64,000 nucleotides of DNA from Iphione sp. A-MEVVRFRX5 (taxonomy: Eukaryota). Below, piece after piece: positions 46,301-58,947 of the stretch; position 1 is the first letter of the stretch; each line of letters starts with the position of its first letter. The stretch is from assembly GCA_976226885.1 (NCBI GenBank), contig OZ320314.1:81220001-81284000 (forward strand). The letters are read 5' to 3'. Below the pieces are notes generated by a model, which ran no database searches, was not told the origin of the DNA, and worked only from the letters and a program-made list of their open reading frames with translations. Both the position numbers and the translations under genes were made by a program.

Positions 46301-49300
46301 CCATGACCCTGACCTCCCATATACTAGAGTCAATCTCGTACATCGCGTCCCTATACCATACAGAAACCAGAAACAAGCCGGTATTGAAACCGCTGAGAAT
46401 CTCCAAATCTCCAATTTGATTAGAGATAAAGCAATACAGGCCTGCACAGTCCAGGAGCACACTAGACTGCGGTGGAGCATACAGACGGTGCTTTTGAAAG
46501 CGCACTGGGCTGGGGTTATACCTGAAAGCGTCGACCGTTGGAGGTTAGAGGTAGACCAGTCACTGGGTGGACGACGCTAGGGGCTGGACAGGTGAGTAGG
46601 GTGGTAAAAGGGCTGACAATCCAGCTGATCAGAAGGGAAGGTGTTTCACTGCACGCGATATCATCAGCAGTGTTCTGGCATATTACGTCTACTAATGAGC
46701 CTCCTGATAAGATCACCCCACGGACACCCCCTCCCTCCAGCACCACCCTCGGTGCTGGTCATAGCCTCTGCCTCCTCTACCTGTCCGGCTGCCCTGTGCG
46801 CGATGGTCAGTTTACACCATGTACTATAACCTTGTGCAGTCAGCCCAGCCAAATTTGCATTCCATCTACAATAATACTGGCTTGTCATCAAAGCCGCAAG
46901 CCCCGCGTCGGAGGAGCCGTGTAGATTTAAATACACCAGACTATCTTCAATGATGTCCATTATATCGTGTAGCATCGTTGTTATAAGAAACTACTCGGAT
47001 AAAACAGGGTCTTTTTCTCTCCATCTCATCCGCCTACGGTCCCATATTGATATATTTGTCTATTATCCTTTTCTCTGAAAACCGACTCGCATAGATCCAT
47101 TTTATCACCACATCCGATTGTTCTTTTTTGCGCTTTTTCCTTGGCCGGTACTTACTGAAATAAGTGTACCGATCTAGGGACACATTAGGCACCGCTTCCA
47201 ATTGTTGAAGAGCAAGACTTCAACCGTTTCTTTACAGACCTTGATTTTTTCTCTGCATTTTTCCAAAAATGATTGATAGTTCCGATAAACAGTCTTCTAA
47301 ACTTATGGCGGACGAGGGCATTGTGTCGAAGCAAGCACAAAACTCCACATAAATTCCACTTAAATCCACTCAATTTGTGCGCCTCCTTTTTCAAAAATAT
47401 ATGTCCAACCAGTTCTTGCTTGTTTGCTAGGCCGTGTTGACGCTCCAAACACTGCTGATATATCCCTCTAAAGAAAATCTTGTTTACAGTTGACTCCACC
47501 CGAAAGAGGGTGCCCCATCGCGCCCGGTGAAACGGCGCTCGAGGTTGGGGGACTGTCTTTCGCCGTGATATAATACGAGATCTTTCTCTTTTTTGTCGAG
47601 ATCTACTTTTAATGGCTCCTCGCTGTCTTGTGTTTGATATGAGCTTCGTGGGCCTCTCCGACCGAGGCACGTAGGAGTGTTTGGCCAATGCATCCTATTT
47701 GAATGCTTAGGCCTTTCACCTACATTCTTATAACATTGAACGTGTTACACTGTGTCCCTCGCGAGATTATAGTCGCAGTCTTAAACGTATAATGAAACAT
47801 TCCCACCCTGTGATCTCTAACCAAAAACGGAGGGAGAGAGAGAGGGAGGGCGAGAGAGTTTCTGTGTGCGATAGGCTCTCCTTCGCCATGCACAGGTGTA
47901 GCTATAGGGATAACGAAAGGACTGTCATCATTGAGAATATTGTTTTAATACCCGCTGTGTAGCAGGCGATGAAAGGGTCCCATTTCTCGTCATGGTTGGC
48001 CTCTAAATACGGGATTTCAATCTGGAGATATGAGCATCAGGGTGGCATGAAGGCTGCAGCCCTAGCGTGACATGTACCGAAAACCCGCCATCCGCGCTCT
48101 CTACCCCAGCCGTCCCCGCCGCCACCCCCGCCGTTCGCCACATTAAGTCCGCCTGGACGAACACCAAAGCCGGTGATCCAGGCCTGACTCGGCCTGTACA
48201 GTCCCAGGGTGGGGCCCAGTCGAGAATAGCTCAGACCTTGCTCTTTGAGCGACACTGGTAGCGACGACCTATATGTCCTATTGCTCATGGGTACCCGCGA
48301 CCCGGTCAAATTTACAGGTGGGGGCCTATTTGATCCCTGCAGATCCGCGAAAATTACCAAGGTTTTTACCTTCTCCTCGCAATGACATGCATCGATTCCC
48401 TTTATCCGTATACCGAGCGGCGAAACATAGGGGGTGGAGTTACTCGTGCCCAGTGTGTCTCTGCTCGTACCACACTCTCCTGAGAGTCACGAAGGCACGA
48501 AAGTTTGGCCAGCCGGACAAATAAAACCCACAACCGGAACCCTTTTGGAAATGGCACCGACGTGCCTTCCTGGCACCTGGACGAACAATGGAGGAAAAAA
48601 TGTAGGTTTGTTGATGTTATAGACCCGATCGGCAGGGAGGCCTGTAGGAACAGAATGGCGCTTATATAACCGGTTCGCTTTGACGCTTGTACATAAAACC
48701 TATGTAACTTCACGAACAGCAGCCAGACGTCCACCCCCCAGTAATGGCTTGGTTGGAGATACACCCATGATGCATTGGAACTGACTCATAAATAAGCATT
48801 TACAAAGACTGAGATTCAATACTGCACTGAGACTTGTTTTTCCAAAAGCCACGTATCATTTTTTTCCAACTGTGCCGACAGTGATTGCTTGCAATACGAT
48901 AACATTTTCCTTTCCTCGTTTTTTCTTTCCCTCTTTGTCGGATTCCCACCTGACTGGAATACGGTCCGATATTACGCGTGATAGATACAAGATCGATTCT
49001 ATATGAGCAACACGCACACGTTTCTAATAAAATACCAAGGATTTATAAAATCATGTACAAACGAAAAAAAATACAGGCTTTCTTGGTTATAGCTTTAAGC
49101 CTGACGTTCTTTAGCATCTCCTTGGCCCTTCCCGGGGCGGATCCTGCGAACGTGATGTCACTGTTAAAACGTTCTTGTGCCGAAATCCACTGCTAAATAT
49201 AAGAACTCGGCTCAAAGCCGGTCGCTTGACCCGCTGTTTACCTGCTCTGTGTAACTAGGAGTCGGCTTACAATGGGGCAGAGCTTGCCGGCAAACAACAG

Positions 49301-52300
49301 CCATCGTCACCTCCCTCCCAGACAGGCCATACAGTTTCCCTTCTCCTCCTTCCCCGACGCAGGCGCATCGCCATCCGGCACTTTCTAATGAGAAACCACC
49401 TTGACGGTTGATACTAATCCTTCAAGAATTTTTCACCCGGAAAATTCACACCCACTCTCAGTGCCTGGCCCGTCCTTTTTTCCAGCTAGCGACGTGAATT
49501 GCATTATCCCATCCCCCCAACCACGGTAGCCGTAACCCAAGAAATACTCAAATTGGATCTGCTCCCCTTTTTATCTCAAGACAGGGGATACATTTCCAAA
49601 GAATGGATAAGAGTGGAACGTGCCTCCAATCCCAACTTCAACTTCTGAAAGCAGGGCTTAACAGAGAACTTCTTCTGAGGTTGGATGATCTGCTTTTGTT
49701 GGCGGACATAAAACTGTTGCTGGAAAGGATCAGTAACAAGGTTGATAGATTCACCTCTTAAACGCCTACTCACTTACTTCGCTGTAAAACATCCAAGTTG
49801 AACCTGTGGGATCATGAGGGGAAATCACAAACTTTAGAAGCTAAGCTCGTAGCATAGCTTGTCTTCTATGTCTGATGCTGCCACAGCAAGGAAATTATGA
49901 TTTTTTGTAATGAGTTCAATTTGGCAATGTCAGGCAATATTTCACACATGGTTTATCTATGACTTCATCCATCGGAGACAGAAGTACGGAAGGACACTTG
50001 ATGATAATGGCCTCTGACCAGCTGTTGATAGGATACCACTGTAGTATTTCGGATATAATACTGAAGTGAAAGGTGTGCACCTGTGCACGTTGTATGAGTT
50101 GGACATATATTTGTATTTGGGTTTGTATTGCTTTTAACAGCGGGGTAAGGCAAAAAAGCTACATGTATATGTACATATACATTTACATGTGTCAGTGTGA
50201 TATCATAGTCGAACGAGTGCACATTATTGGCCCTATTTTGAATCTGCTCTGCCAGAAATAACCACCCAAATAACTTTTCCTACCTGCCACCCCCATCAGC
50301 TGGAGAAACATCGTTGCTAGTTGCCCCTGAAGTAGTAACGTTCCCACCACAACGCATTGGAGGTAGAATAGGACGCGGTGTCAATATTTTCACAGCCTCC
50401 ATTTCCCGAGTAGCAGCGCCGAACCCTTATGTTTATGGCCCCTACATTCTATCTAAGTGGCGAGAACGGACAAATTGGGCTACAGTTTGAGATGGCAGCA
50501 TCACCTGACATTTAGTTGTGGGTGTATATCTTTTGAATATTCAGTTTCGTGTAAAATCCTTTATCGTGCCTTGAAGTCTACTTGGGACCCCTTTTCGAAA
50601 CGAGACGGATGAATTGTGTATAACCTCATAGTATTTTCCTATGGGTTTTGGCAGGTGTAAAGACCATCTTTTCAGAAATGGGAATGGCCGGTGACACAAA
50701 CGTTTACCCAGTTAAACAACGTCAGGACTGTCAAGGACCCTTAGAGAACCACTCCTGACCCCAACGCCATTGCCACAAGCAGCCCGCGGACACTAAACGG
50801 ACACTACCCGCTTAATCCCTGTCTTTGTAACCACCTTCCCGCCACACAAAAACTTGACACTACGGCCTGGACCTGGGCAAATGCTCCATCCTAAATGGAC
50901 CATCTTCCTTCTCTTAGGCCTCCTGTACAGCCTCCAAGCACCGATACACATGTACGCACACACAGTGGCCTATGACTAGCTGTTGCCCGTCCACCCATTT
51001 CAAACATAGGTGGTGAGCGACCCAGTTCAATTATGATGCATTGGTGACACAATTGGCTGCCAATGAATAATTATAAACAGATAAGTGATAAATAAACACG
51101 ATGATAGCAATTCATGCCCCACCTCTCTCCTCCCCCCAAAAATCTGACTTGGAGCCCCACGGAACAAATTTCTGTGATTACATCTATTCAGAAAGCAAGC
51201 GTGAATAACATATAAAGGAGTTATGAGTCATCGGAGGTAAGAAGGCGACTGCGAAGGTTATAGTGATGATCGCTGCTTCACTGATGCCAGTTGGCCAGGT
51301 GATGAGAGTCATCTACTGATGGCTTCCTACTAATTACTGATATTAACCGGTTGGCGCCCGTTTTGTGTTACGCCCTATGCTCTTCCGTTCAAGCCCAATT
51401 CCTAACCTTTGCTCCTCTGCTATCCCCCAGCCCCCCTAAAACGAATATTCCTCTTCATAAACAGGCGCTAATAACCTGAGGGGTCATCAAGATGAAGTAC
51501 AGACCCCTTCCTCTGTCTACACAGCAACTCCAGCTTTGGGAACATGTCTCGACGCATGCAGATCACCAGGGCGTACACCTGTTGGAAATCCCCCATAATA
51601 TATCTATCAAGGCAGCTTCGATGCTATCTCTGTTTTTACCTAGTTTTTTCGTTACCTGTCACATGTGCACTAACCAGGTCAATCGAACATTGCAATATCA
51701 ACGCTGACATCTAATGTATGGCTAAATGTGTTGGATGCGGCGTATACATACAAAGGGTGAGATGTCCCAGTAGTACAACCTCTGATGTTAAGTCCCTGCA
51801 TTTCGTATTAAATTTCAAAACAGGTTGAAGGGAACCGAGAATTAGTAGACAGTAGCCACCTGCGGTGACACGGGGCATGAAAAGGTCAGCTGGGCTATGG
51901 TTGGCCCGTTCCTTTGAGCTGTAAACAGACAGTATTCAACACATTGTCTGAAAGGAGGGGTATTCTCTGTGAGACGTGACCGTCGAGGCCTGTACTAGGA
52001 TTACGCATAACACCTCTACTGCAATTGATCAGTATAACCCTGGACAATGGAGGAGGACAGCGGGCCTAGATGAAAGAAAGCCGGTTGATACCTGACCAGA
52101 GTGATTTTAGCAGAAGCATGCAAGGGATGGCCCAACGTCCTTTGGGCGAAATGTTGACTTTGTAACACTTGACACATCTAATTTCTAAATGAATACTATC
52201 AAGTTTTAGTTTTATATAACCTCCTATATGGTAGTATTCAGGATCTCTGGTATTCGGATAATCAGCATATCTATATTTGGTGACATTTTTGGGGGGTCAG

Positions 52301-55300
52301 AGGCATGCTGCCCGGGCGCACGTCCTTCAACTACGGGTCCAGTAAAGGGCTGATGTAATCTGTAATGAGATTTATAATTGGATTACAAAAAGTAGCTTTC
52401 TGCGGTCCCTTGTTCAAATCGGCCCGATAAGCTTAGACATCTAAGCACTGTCGAGCTGCCGCCCCTCTTTAACGTACTGTACTAGTCGCCGTGGTAAACA
52501 ATTTGAATGAAATTAAATTGCACTTGTGGTCTGCCCCGTATGATTTAGACGTGTTGAGGAGCTTCTTAGGGGGTGGGCTGTGAAACAAAAGCTGCCCTAA
52601 TTACACCAACGGTGAAAAGATGACGGTTCACATGTCGCGCTCGCGAGGCGTCGGCGTCGAGTGCTTCATCCTGTAATCATTCCACACCCGTAACGCTTTT
52701 CTCCTGTAATGAGGCTGCGCATGCATGCATCATGACACACCTGCCCGCCCCATGCTCGCACGTGAAAGTTGTGTGGTCAGGTGAGGAGCCATTAATGCTT
52801 CTCTGAGTAGCCCATCAACCTTTCAGCCATTTTCATAGGGGCCAACCAACATATCTGGGCTAGAAACCGTATACATATACAGCCTTTAAGGCATACATGG
52901 CACTGAAATCGACAGTAGGCAGTGCACGTTGCAGCATTTCAATATCAATGTACATATTATGAATAAATGTACCAACATACCACACACTAAAAGAACGGAG
53001 GTAAATTGTGTACTTTACAAGATGGTCCAATTAGGACCATCAATAATTAATGTGAAAAAGAAGGATATAAACTGTACACGCTGTGGGCTTGTTCTCCCAA
53101 TGGAATGCTTATGGTGAATTGCCACTGGATTAAAACAGTCATTCAGTATCAAAAGATGTGTATCACTGCTACGCCCCTTGGTAAAAGGTTTAGTGCTCAC
53201 AGCTGTTAGCCACTATAGTAATTTGAGAATTACTTTATCCTTATTGGGTCTTCGACTTTAATCATTAAGGAGTCTGATACGCGTGTACGGTGCTCTGAAT
53301 ATCGTTACTGAAGCTGAGAAATGCCATATGTTTCCATTGCCGACCAAAGTAATACTAGTGCAATTGTTAAAGATCATCAAGTGCAGCCTTTAATCGGGAT
53401 TTTGAAAAAAAAACGGCGCACATGTTTGCATATCTTGCAAAATTAATCTTTTCTTTTTCTTTTCGCATGGGAGAAAAATATATTAGGAATGCTGCCAAAC
53501 AGATCCAAACAATTACTAGCACATAAAAAGTAGCTTGACAAATAGGTCATGCTTTGTGCCCTTTCATGGACATCGATTTTGCTTCATCTTACGCTAAAAA
53601 AATCCGTGCACGTGCAGGAGCTCTCATAAATGATGCTTCGTTGCGCGAGGAAAAATAGAGGATATACATATAACCTATTTAAGGTAACTTTTGTCTCCAA
53701 TTCTATTTGAAAAGTGTAACGACTTGAGCTACGCCATGTGGTGTTGCAAGATTATGATTTCATCTCCTTTTCTGTTACCTTTAGCGTCGCGCCCCGTTAT
53801 CAGCTTTTCCTGTGTCGTCAAGTTGCATGCTCTTAGGGAAGTTGCATGCCACCCTTTAAGCACCGTGCATGACTCACCCCGACCACCCGTGTCCAAGGCT
53901 TTACACCTGAGACGAATGACCTCCTCTACGAGCACAGCAGTACGGACAGACACAGATACACTCACACAAAGAAACTACACACATCTCCACTGCACTCATC
54001 GCATCGTTTCCTTGGCATGGCTTACGTGCTCTCACGACATGCTACACCCTACTTGTATAGGTGCCAGGAATAGAATTCCAGCCATTTCACGACTGGTGGT
54101 GGTTACTTGTATGTCCCGCCCATTACCACACCGCCCACTGCCATGCACCTACACATAGGGACTTACCTCCTGTCCTCCTAAACCCCCTCTGGCAAGTTTC
54201 TGCTTACGAGGCCAAGATTATCATTATAGGTACGCACATGGGTAGACATGGGTTGTCGGAGGTATGCTACGTTATTTTCTTAGTATGATGTCAGTAAAGT
54301 TATTAAAGTAACCCAGAGAATGGCTGCCCAGGAGACGGGGGGTCAGTGTGGGGTGACATTCGTTTGCACCTGTCTTCCTACACGTGCTTTTATAAACAAA
54401 CACGTACCCGCAATCATAGGAAATTGGTTTCCGTGCTATCTGGCTTGTTTGTCGGCATGGGTGTAGTGCACATATAATTACTGAAAATATTTGGACACCC
54501 GCTTCAGCACATAAATATGAGTTATATTCCCTTTGGGTAAGCAAGTTCAGCCTTCTTAGTCTAAAAAAATCTTTACAAATATTTTTTCTTACGATGAATA
54601 TAATTCGGGAAGGGGTCTCATCCAAAGCTTTCGGAAACATCAAAAGATACCTAAGAAAAGGATTGTCTCCACTGGGGATGGATTTCACTTGCATGTGAGC
54701 ATTTGACCAATTTCCATCAAATAAAATGATACGAACCGTAAAGATCTTAAAGTGTCCTTATCTTAAAGATGTGAAACGAAGCCAGATGAAATGGTACGGA
54801 AAGACTATAATTTTCATCGCCCTCCGTTGTATTTTTCTTCTGAATGTGTTTGCGTGCGCCCAAGTCGACGCCTGACGCGACGAACTCTCCGATATGGGTC
54901 ATTCATTGAGCACCTCATGTGGAGCGTGATGCGGACTGAACCCAGGGTCAGGCTGTGAACGAGGGGGATGGCTCATTAGATATCGCTCAGCGTTATCATG
55001 CAAAGACTCTTTGCATTCCTCTCCCTTTCTCGCTCCCCGTGTCCCTTTATGGAGACCCGGACCGCTCTCGAACACGTAAGGTTACCATCCAAGACAGATG
55101 TGGCCTAAACGGATGGGTCGGGGTTCCAATGGCGGGTCAACTAACAGGTTTCTTCCCAAGGGAGCACCCAGGGTATGGCGTCATCCGAGCCCGTCTCCGA
55201 CATGGTGCTCATAAACCTATAGACCAGAAAGATTGCCTACACCGCCGCTCGGCCATTACTCCGTTATGGGAAATAGCAAGTGCCCCAGGCCACTGGGGCT

Positions 55301-58300
55301 ACTACCCCTAAAGCTTGCACGACCAGAGGCGCACCCATCAAAACCCATTTTACTCCAGTACGAGCAGCGGCACTTTCATGTCTGGGGTCCCCACATGGTT
55401 CAAATCGGACGGCAACGAGCACGTGTACATTTCGCTATGAAATTGCTGCAATTGTTGTGCCATTCAGTTGAATGAACATTGTACATGCGTTAGGATACTA
55501 CTGTTTTTCCCTACAGATTGTAGCGGGCAGCTACCGTGTGTAAAATATATATGTATTTTAAATATATTTCATTCATGTTGCACGCGACAATCGATTTGCA
55601 GTAGCACGTGGTGATTTATAGTCTGTCTGATGGAGAACTTTTTTCATTCCTAAAGAAAACATACAAGAGAGACAAAACAAACAGACATAAGAAACGCTCA
55701 CCTCTAAATCCTTGCTACCAGTGTCCTTGTTCTTATTGTGATTCAGTTTGGCCATGTTGATGGTATTATCCACGCGGCCCGAGGGGTCGCCACCCTCTGC
55801 CATTAGCTGCTGTTCCTTCTGTTGCTGAGCCTGGGGCGTGTCCTCTGCAGCTTTCTTTTGGTCTGCTAGCCGGGGCATGTAATTGTACTTCTTGCGGGCG
55901 CTGCGCCGCTGAGAAACGACGATAAAGACGATGGCGACGATGAGGACCACCATGACGATACCGGAGATGGAGGCGATGGTGATGACGATGGTGAGATTTT
56001 GGTTGGAGATGAGCTCCGTTTCGGTGCGATTCACCACCACGTTGAGTTGCGTCTCGGCGAAGCGCGGCGGGTTGCCGTTGTCGTGCATGTAGATGAAGAG
56101 GGTGAAGTAACGCTCGCTGTCCGCCACCTCACGCAGGCCGCTGGCCACGAGGACGGCGCCTGTGTACATGTTCATGGCGAAGCGGCCGCGCTCGTTGCCC
56201 GCCGTGATGCTGTACGTCAGCTTGGAGTTGTTTCCCGAGTCGGCGTCCCGTGCTCGGATGCGCGCCACCACGTAGCCGACGGGCACCTCCTCGGATATGT
56301 ACACGGTGTTGTTGAGCCGGGTCGGGAACTCGACGATTGGTCCGTTGTCGTTGTCGTCGAGTACCGACACGAAGACGTTGGTGGTGTTGCTCTGGTTGGG
56401 CGCGCCCGTGCTGGTGGCCATGACGACCAGATGGTAGACGCCGTGGTGCTCGCGATCGAGCGACTTGCGCGTGTAGATGCGGCCGTTCTTGGGGTCCACG
56501 CGGAAGGCGTTGTCTGAGTTGTTGTCCTTGCTGTCGTCCAGGGCCAGAGAGAACATAAAGCGGTTGGTCGGTGTCGTGTCTGGATCGATGGCTTCCACCA
56601 CCCCGACGAAGGCGTTCGACTCCAGGTTCTCCATGACGCCGAAGATGTAGCTTGATTTGGAGAATTGCGGCGGTACGTCGTCCTCGTCGGCGATCGTAAC
56701 GTGCAGCGTGGCGCTAGCCGACCGTGGCGGTACGCCGCCGTCTGTGGCCTGTACGAGCACCTCCATCGTGTTGAGTTTCTCCGGCTTGAGTCGTTCGTAG
56801 TCGAATGAAGAGCGCGCCGTGATGTTACCGGTGTTGACGTCGATGGCAAAGAAGCGGCTCGCGACATCGCCGATGATCGCGTACCGCAGTTTGGCGTTGT
56901 TTCCATCGTCGGCATCGCTAGCATTGACGATCGCGACGAAGGCGCCTGGAACATTGTTCTCTGCTAGCGTAGTGGAGTAAACTGTCTTGTTGAAGGAAGG
57001 CGGGTGGTCGTTTATGTCCTTTATTACTACTCGTATGCGCAGTTCGGACGTCTGTGGCGGGTCCCCAAAGTCGTGGCAGCGGAGGATCGCCTGTGCCTCC
57101 CGCGTCACCTCCCGATCGAAGACGACGCGGGTTACGATCTTATACTCGGTCTTGTAGATCTTCTGTAGTTCGAAATGCTCGCCGTCGGAGAGTGAGCAGT
57201 TGAATCGTCCGTTTTCACCGCTGTCGGTATCGCGCACGGTGATGTGCGCGACGAAGGTGCCGACGTCGCTATTCTCGGCGATCTCCACCGAGTCGTCCTG
57301 CTGCAAATTGTTCACGACGATCTGCGGCGCATGGTCGTTGAGGTCGCGAACATGGACGACCACCTTGGCAATGGCCGTCAGTGGGTCCTGCGGGTTGCGG
57401 TCGCTGGCGACCACGTCCAGGTTGTAGCTATCTCCTTCTTCGTGATCCAAGACCTTACGATTGAAGATCTCACCACTGTTCTCGTCAATACCGAATAGCT
57501 GACCCTGCTGTGTCTCGGTACGAGCACTGAAGCTGTACACCACCTCCCCATTTACCCCGGCGTCGGTGTCCACCGCGCGGACCTGCAGTATGGTCGTATA
57601 CTCAGGGACATTTTCACGCACGAAGGCCTCATAAGTCTTGTTATCAAAGACCGGGTGGTTATCGTTGATATCTTTGACGATGATAGAGACGGTGACAGAG
57701 CCCGCCTTGGGCGGCGTGTCGGCATCAAAGGCGATTACCTGAAGCTGGTAGCTGCTAGTCGTCTCCCGATCAAGCGGCTCCTTGAGGACCAACTTAATGT
57801 CAGTCGTACCGTCGGCGTTGTCCGTCTTCTGCAACTCAAACGTGCTTGTGGGTGATGCAAGTTCGTAGCGATTGATACCGTAGCGTGGACTGTCTGGATC
57901 ATCGGCCGGCGCGATACGCATGGATGTGCCCGGCGCCGACGACTCCAGAAGAGACAACTCCATCTGGCGTTCGGGGAAAGTCGGCGCGTTGTCGTTGATG
58001 TCTGAAAGCTCGATGACGACAGGTACGATCTCGAAGATGTTTTCGCTTAACAGCTGGGCGCGCACGTCCAGGTTGAACCGGCAGTCTGCCTGCTGGGGAC
58101 AGATCACGTCGCGGTCCATAGTCCTCTGTGCAGTAAGCACACCGTCGGTGATGCTGAAGAATTCCTTGTAGTCCGGAGAAGTCGGAAGGAAATCATACTG
58201 AAGTCGTGGGTACCTCTGGTTCAGGCCGCTATCGCCGGCGATATTCCCCACGAACGTGGGCGGCGCTTCCTCCTCCTGCAACCGGTAGACGAGTGGGGTC

Positions 58301-58395
58301 CGGGCGGGGTCCTGGCCGAAAGCTGGCCCGGCTAGGAGCGCAACTGCCACCACTGACAGCGCGAAACGCAAGGCATCCCTCACAGGGTAAGGCAT
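26526..58395 (-). CDS. PCDH: Delta-type protocadherin with 7 cadherin repeats (PCDH1/7/9/11-like architecture), 4 coding exons, 1122 aa
   Basis: complement(join(58395-55702,32397-32269,28677-28485,26878-26526)) = 3369 nt with phases 0/0/1 all consistent. Signal peptide, 7 EC repeats (DxNDN/DRE/DxD motifs), EC1 C-x5-C motif DRDVICPQQADC, one TM helix, CM1-like DSGHGS motif. Orthology to any single vertebrate paralogue cannot be assigned. Confidence 0.88.
28227..28305. repeat. (GA)n microsatellite, about 39 units
   Basis: Read directly. Confidence 0.97.
28485..28677 (-). CDS. PCDH: Protocadherin cytoplasmic exon with CM1-like motif (KGHTQMNGFLSANDKGDSDSACSADMSNATDSGHGSNEGD...RPIH)
   Basis: Strong acceptor gttttctcttatatttcag; donor G|GTAAAA; phase 0 to 1. 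DSGHGS resembles the delta-protocadherin CM1 core (DSGHGDS/DSGRG). Confidence 0.85.
32269..32397 (-). CDS. PCDH: Protocadherin cytoplasmic exon (KHELKDTNKMHPGMKVPTSPYQVGYVEEIPGPKPWLLPSTQLQ)
   Basis: Strong acceptor ggttttttacttacag; donor CAG|GTAGGT; 129 nt, phase 0 to 0; joins the large exon to the CM1 exon in frame. Confidence 0.78.
39440..39535. repeat. Degenerate (CTGT/CT)n microsatellite
   Basis: tctgtctgtctatctgtctgtctgtg and flanking pyrimidine tract. Confidence 0.7.
55702..58395 (-). CDS. PCDH: Protocadherin large exon: signal peptide, EC1-EC7, TM and juxtamembrane region (898 codons)
   Basis: ATG at 58395 (agcATGc; MPYPVRDALRFALSVVAVALLAGPAFG); donor GAG|GTGAGC at 55702/55701. A single-exon ectodomain is characteristic of protocadherins. 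Confidence 0.97.
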
Positions 58396-58768
58396 GCTGC
58401 TCGATTCAATATCAGTACTCCTTTGAATTAAATTGAAGCCCGGTAACACTATGAACTCTTTCAAAGACTGTGGATCAAATCGGTAACATGAGCTGCATGG
58501 TCCCACTCAGAATTCTTGTTCCAGAGAGGGATTTAAACGTAGGCGGAGTTAGGACCCAGTGCTCCGAACTGGCATGCTATGGCGCCCGGAGTGTAGACCG
58601 TGCCGGCGTCGGGCAGTGCTACCGGCAGACACCGTGGGTGTTGCCGGTCACGCTCGCCTACCCTCGTCGCTGGAACTTCAGTCTTCAGCACCGACTGAGG
58701 TCGATTTTCGCATCTACAAGGTACTCCAGCCTTTCTTCGGGTCACATAGGAAGTTAAGAAAATGCTAC
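58396..58768 (-). other. PCDH: 5'UTR part of the protocadherin large exon, containing 4 short uORFs
   Basis: Acceptor cactttttcag at 58771-58769. ATG-initiated uORFs: 58747-58742 (M*), 58713-58678, 58575-58549, 58498-58475. Confidence 0.6.
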
Positions 58769-58947
58769 CTGAAAAAGTGAAGGGGGAATAACCTTAATTT
58801 CGGCGCATTTTACAAAAAGTGTGTCTAAGACAGCTGTGCATAATTCACCTGTACAGGTAGAAGACTGTCATCACTTTCCCTACCTCAGCCTCTCGCACCT
58901 GAAAATCAACATACAATATGGTGTCAGTGGTAGGAGATAACACATAC

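Noticed and set aside
47327-47338. GTGCTTGCTTCG on the minus strand resembling the U6 snRNA 5' end
   Set aside because: Only 12 nt match; no downstream U6 sequence.
55999-58436. Several ORFs of 66-245 aa overlapping the protocadherin exon on the other strand or frame
   Set aside because: Expected by-products of high-GC3 codon usage in the real reading frame.
58396-58506. N-terminal extension in the 977-aa ORF call
   Set aside because: Starts at GTG. The signal peptide begins at the ATG at 58395, so the ORF-track start and end are not the gene boundaries.
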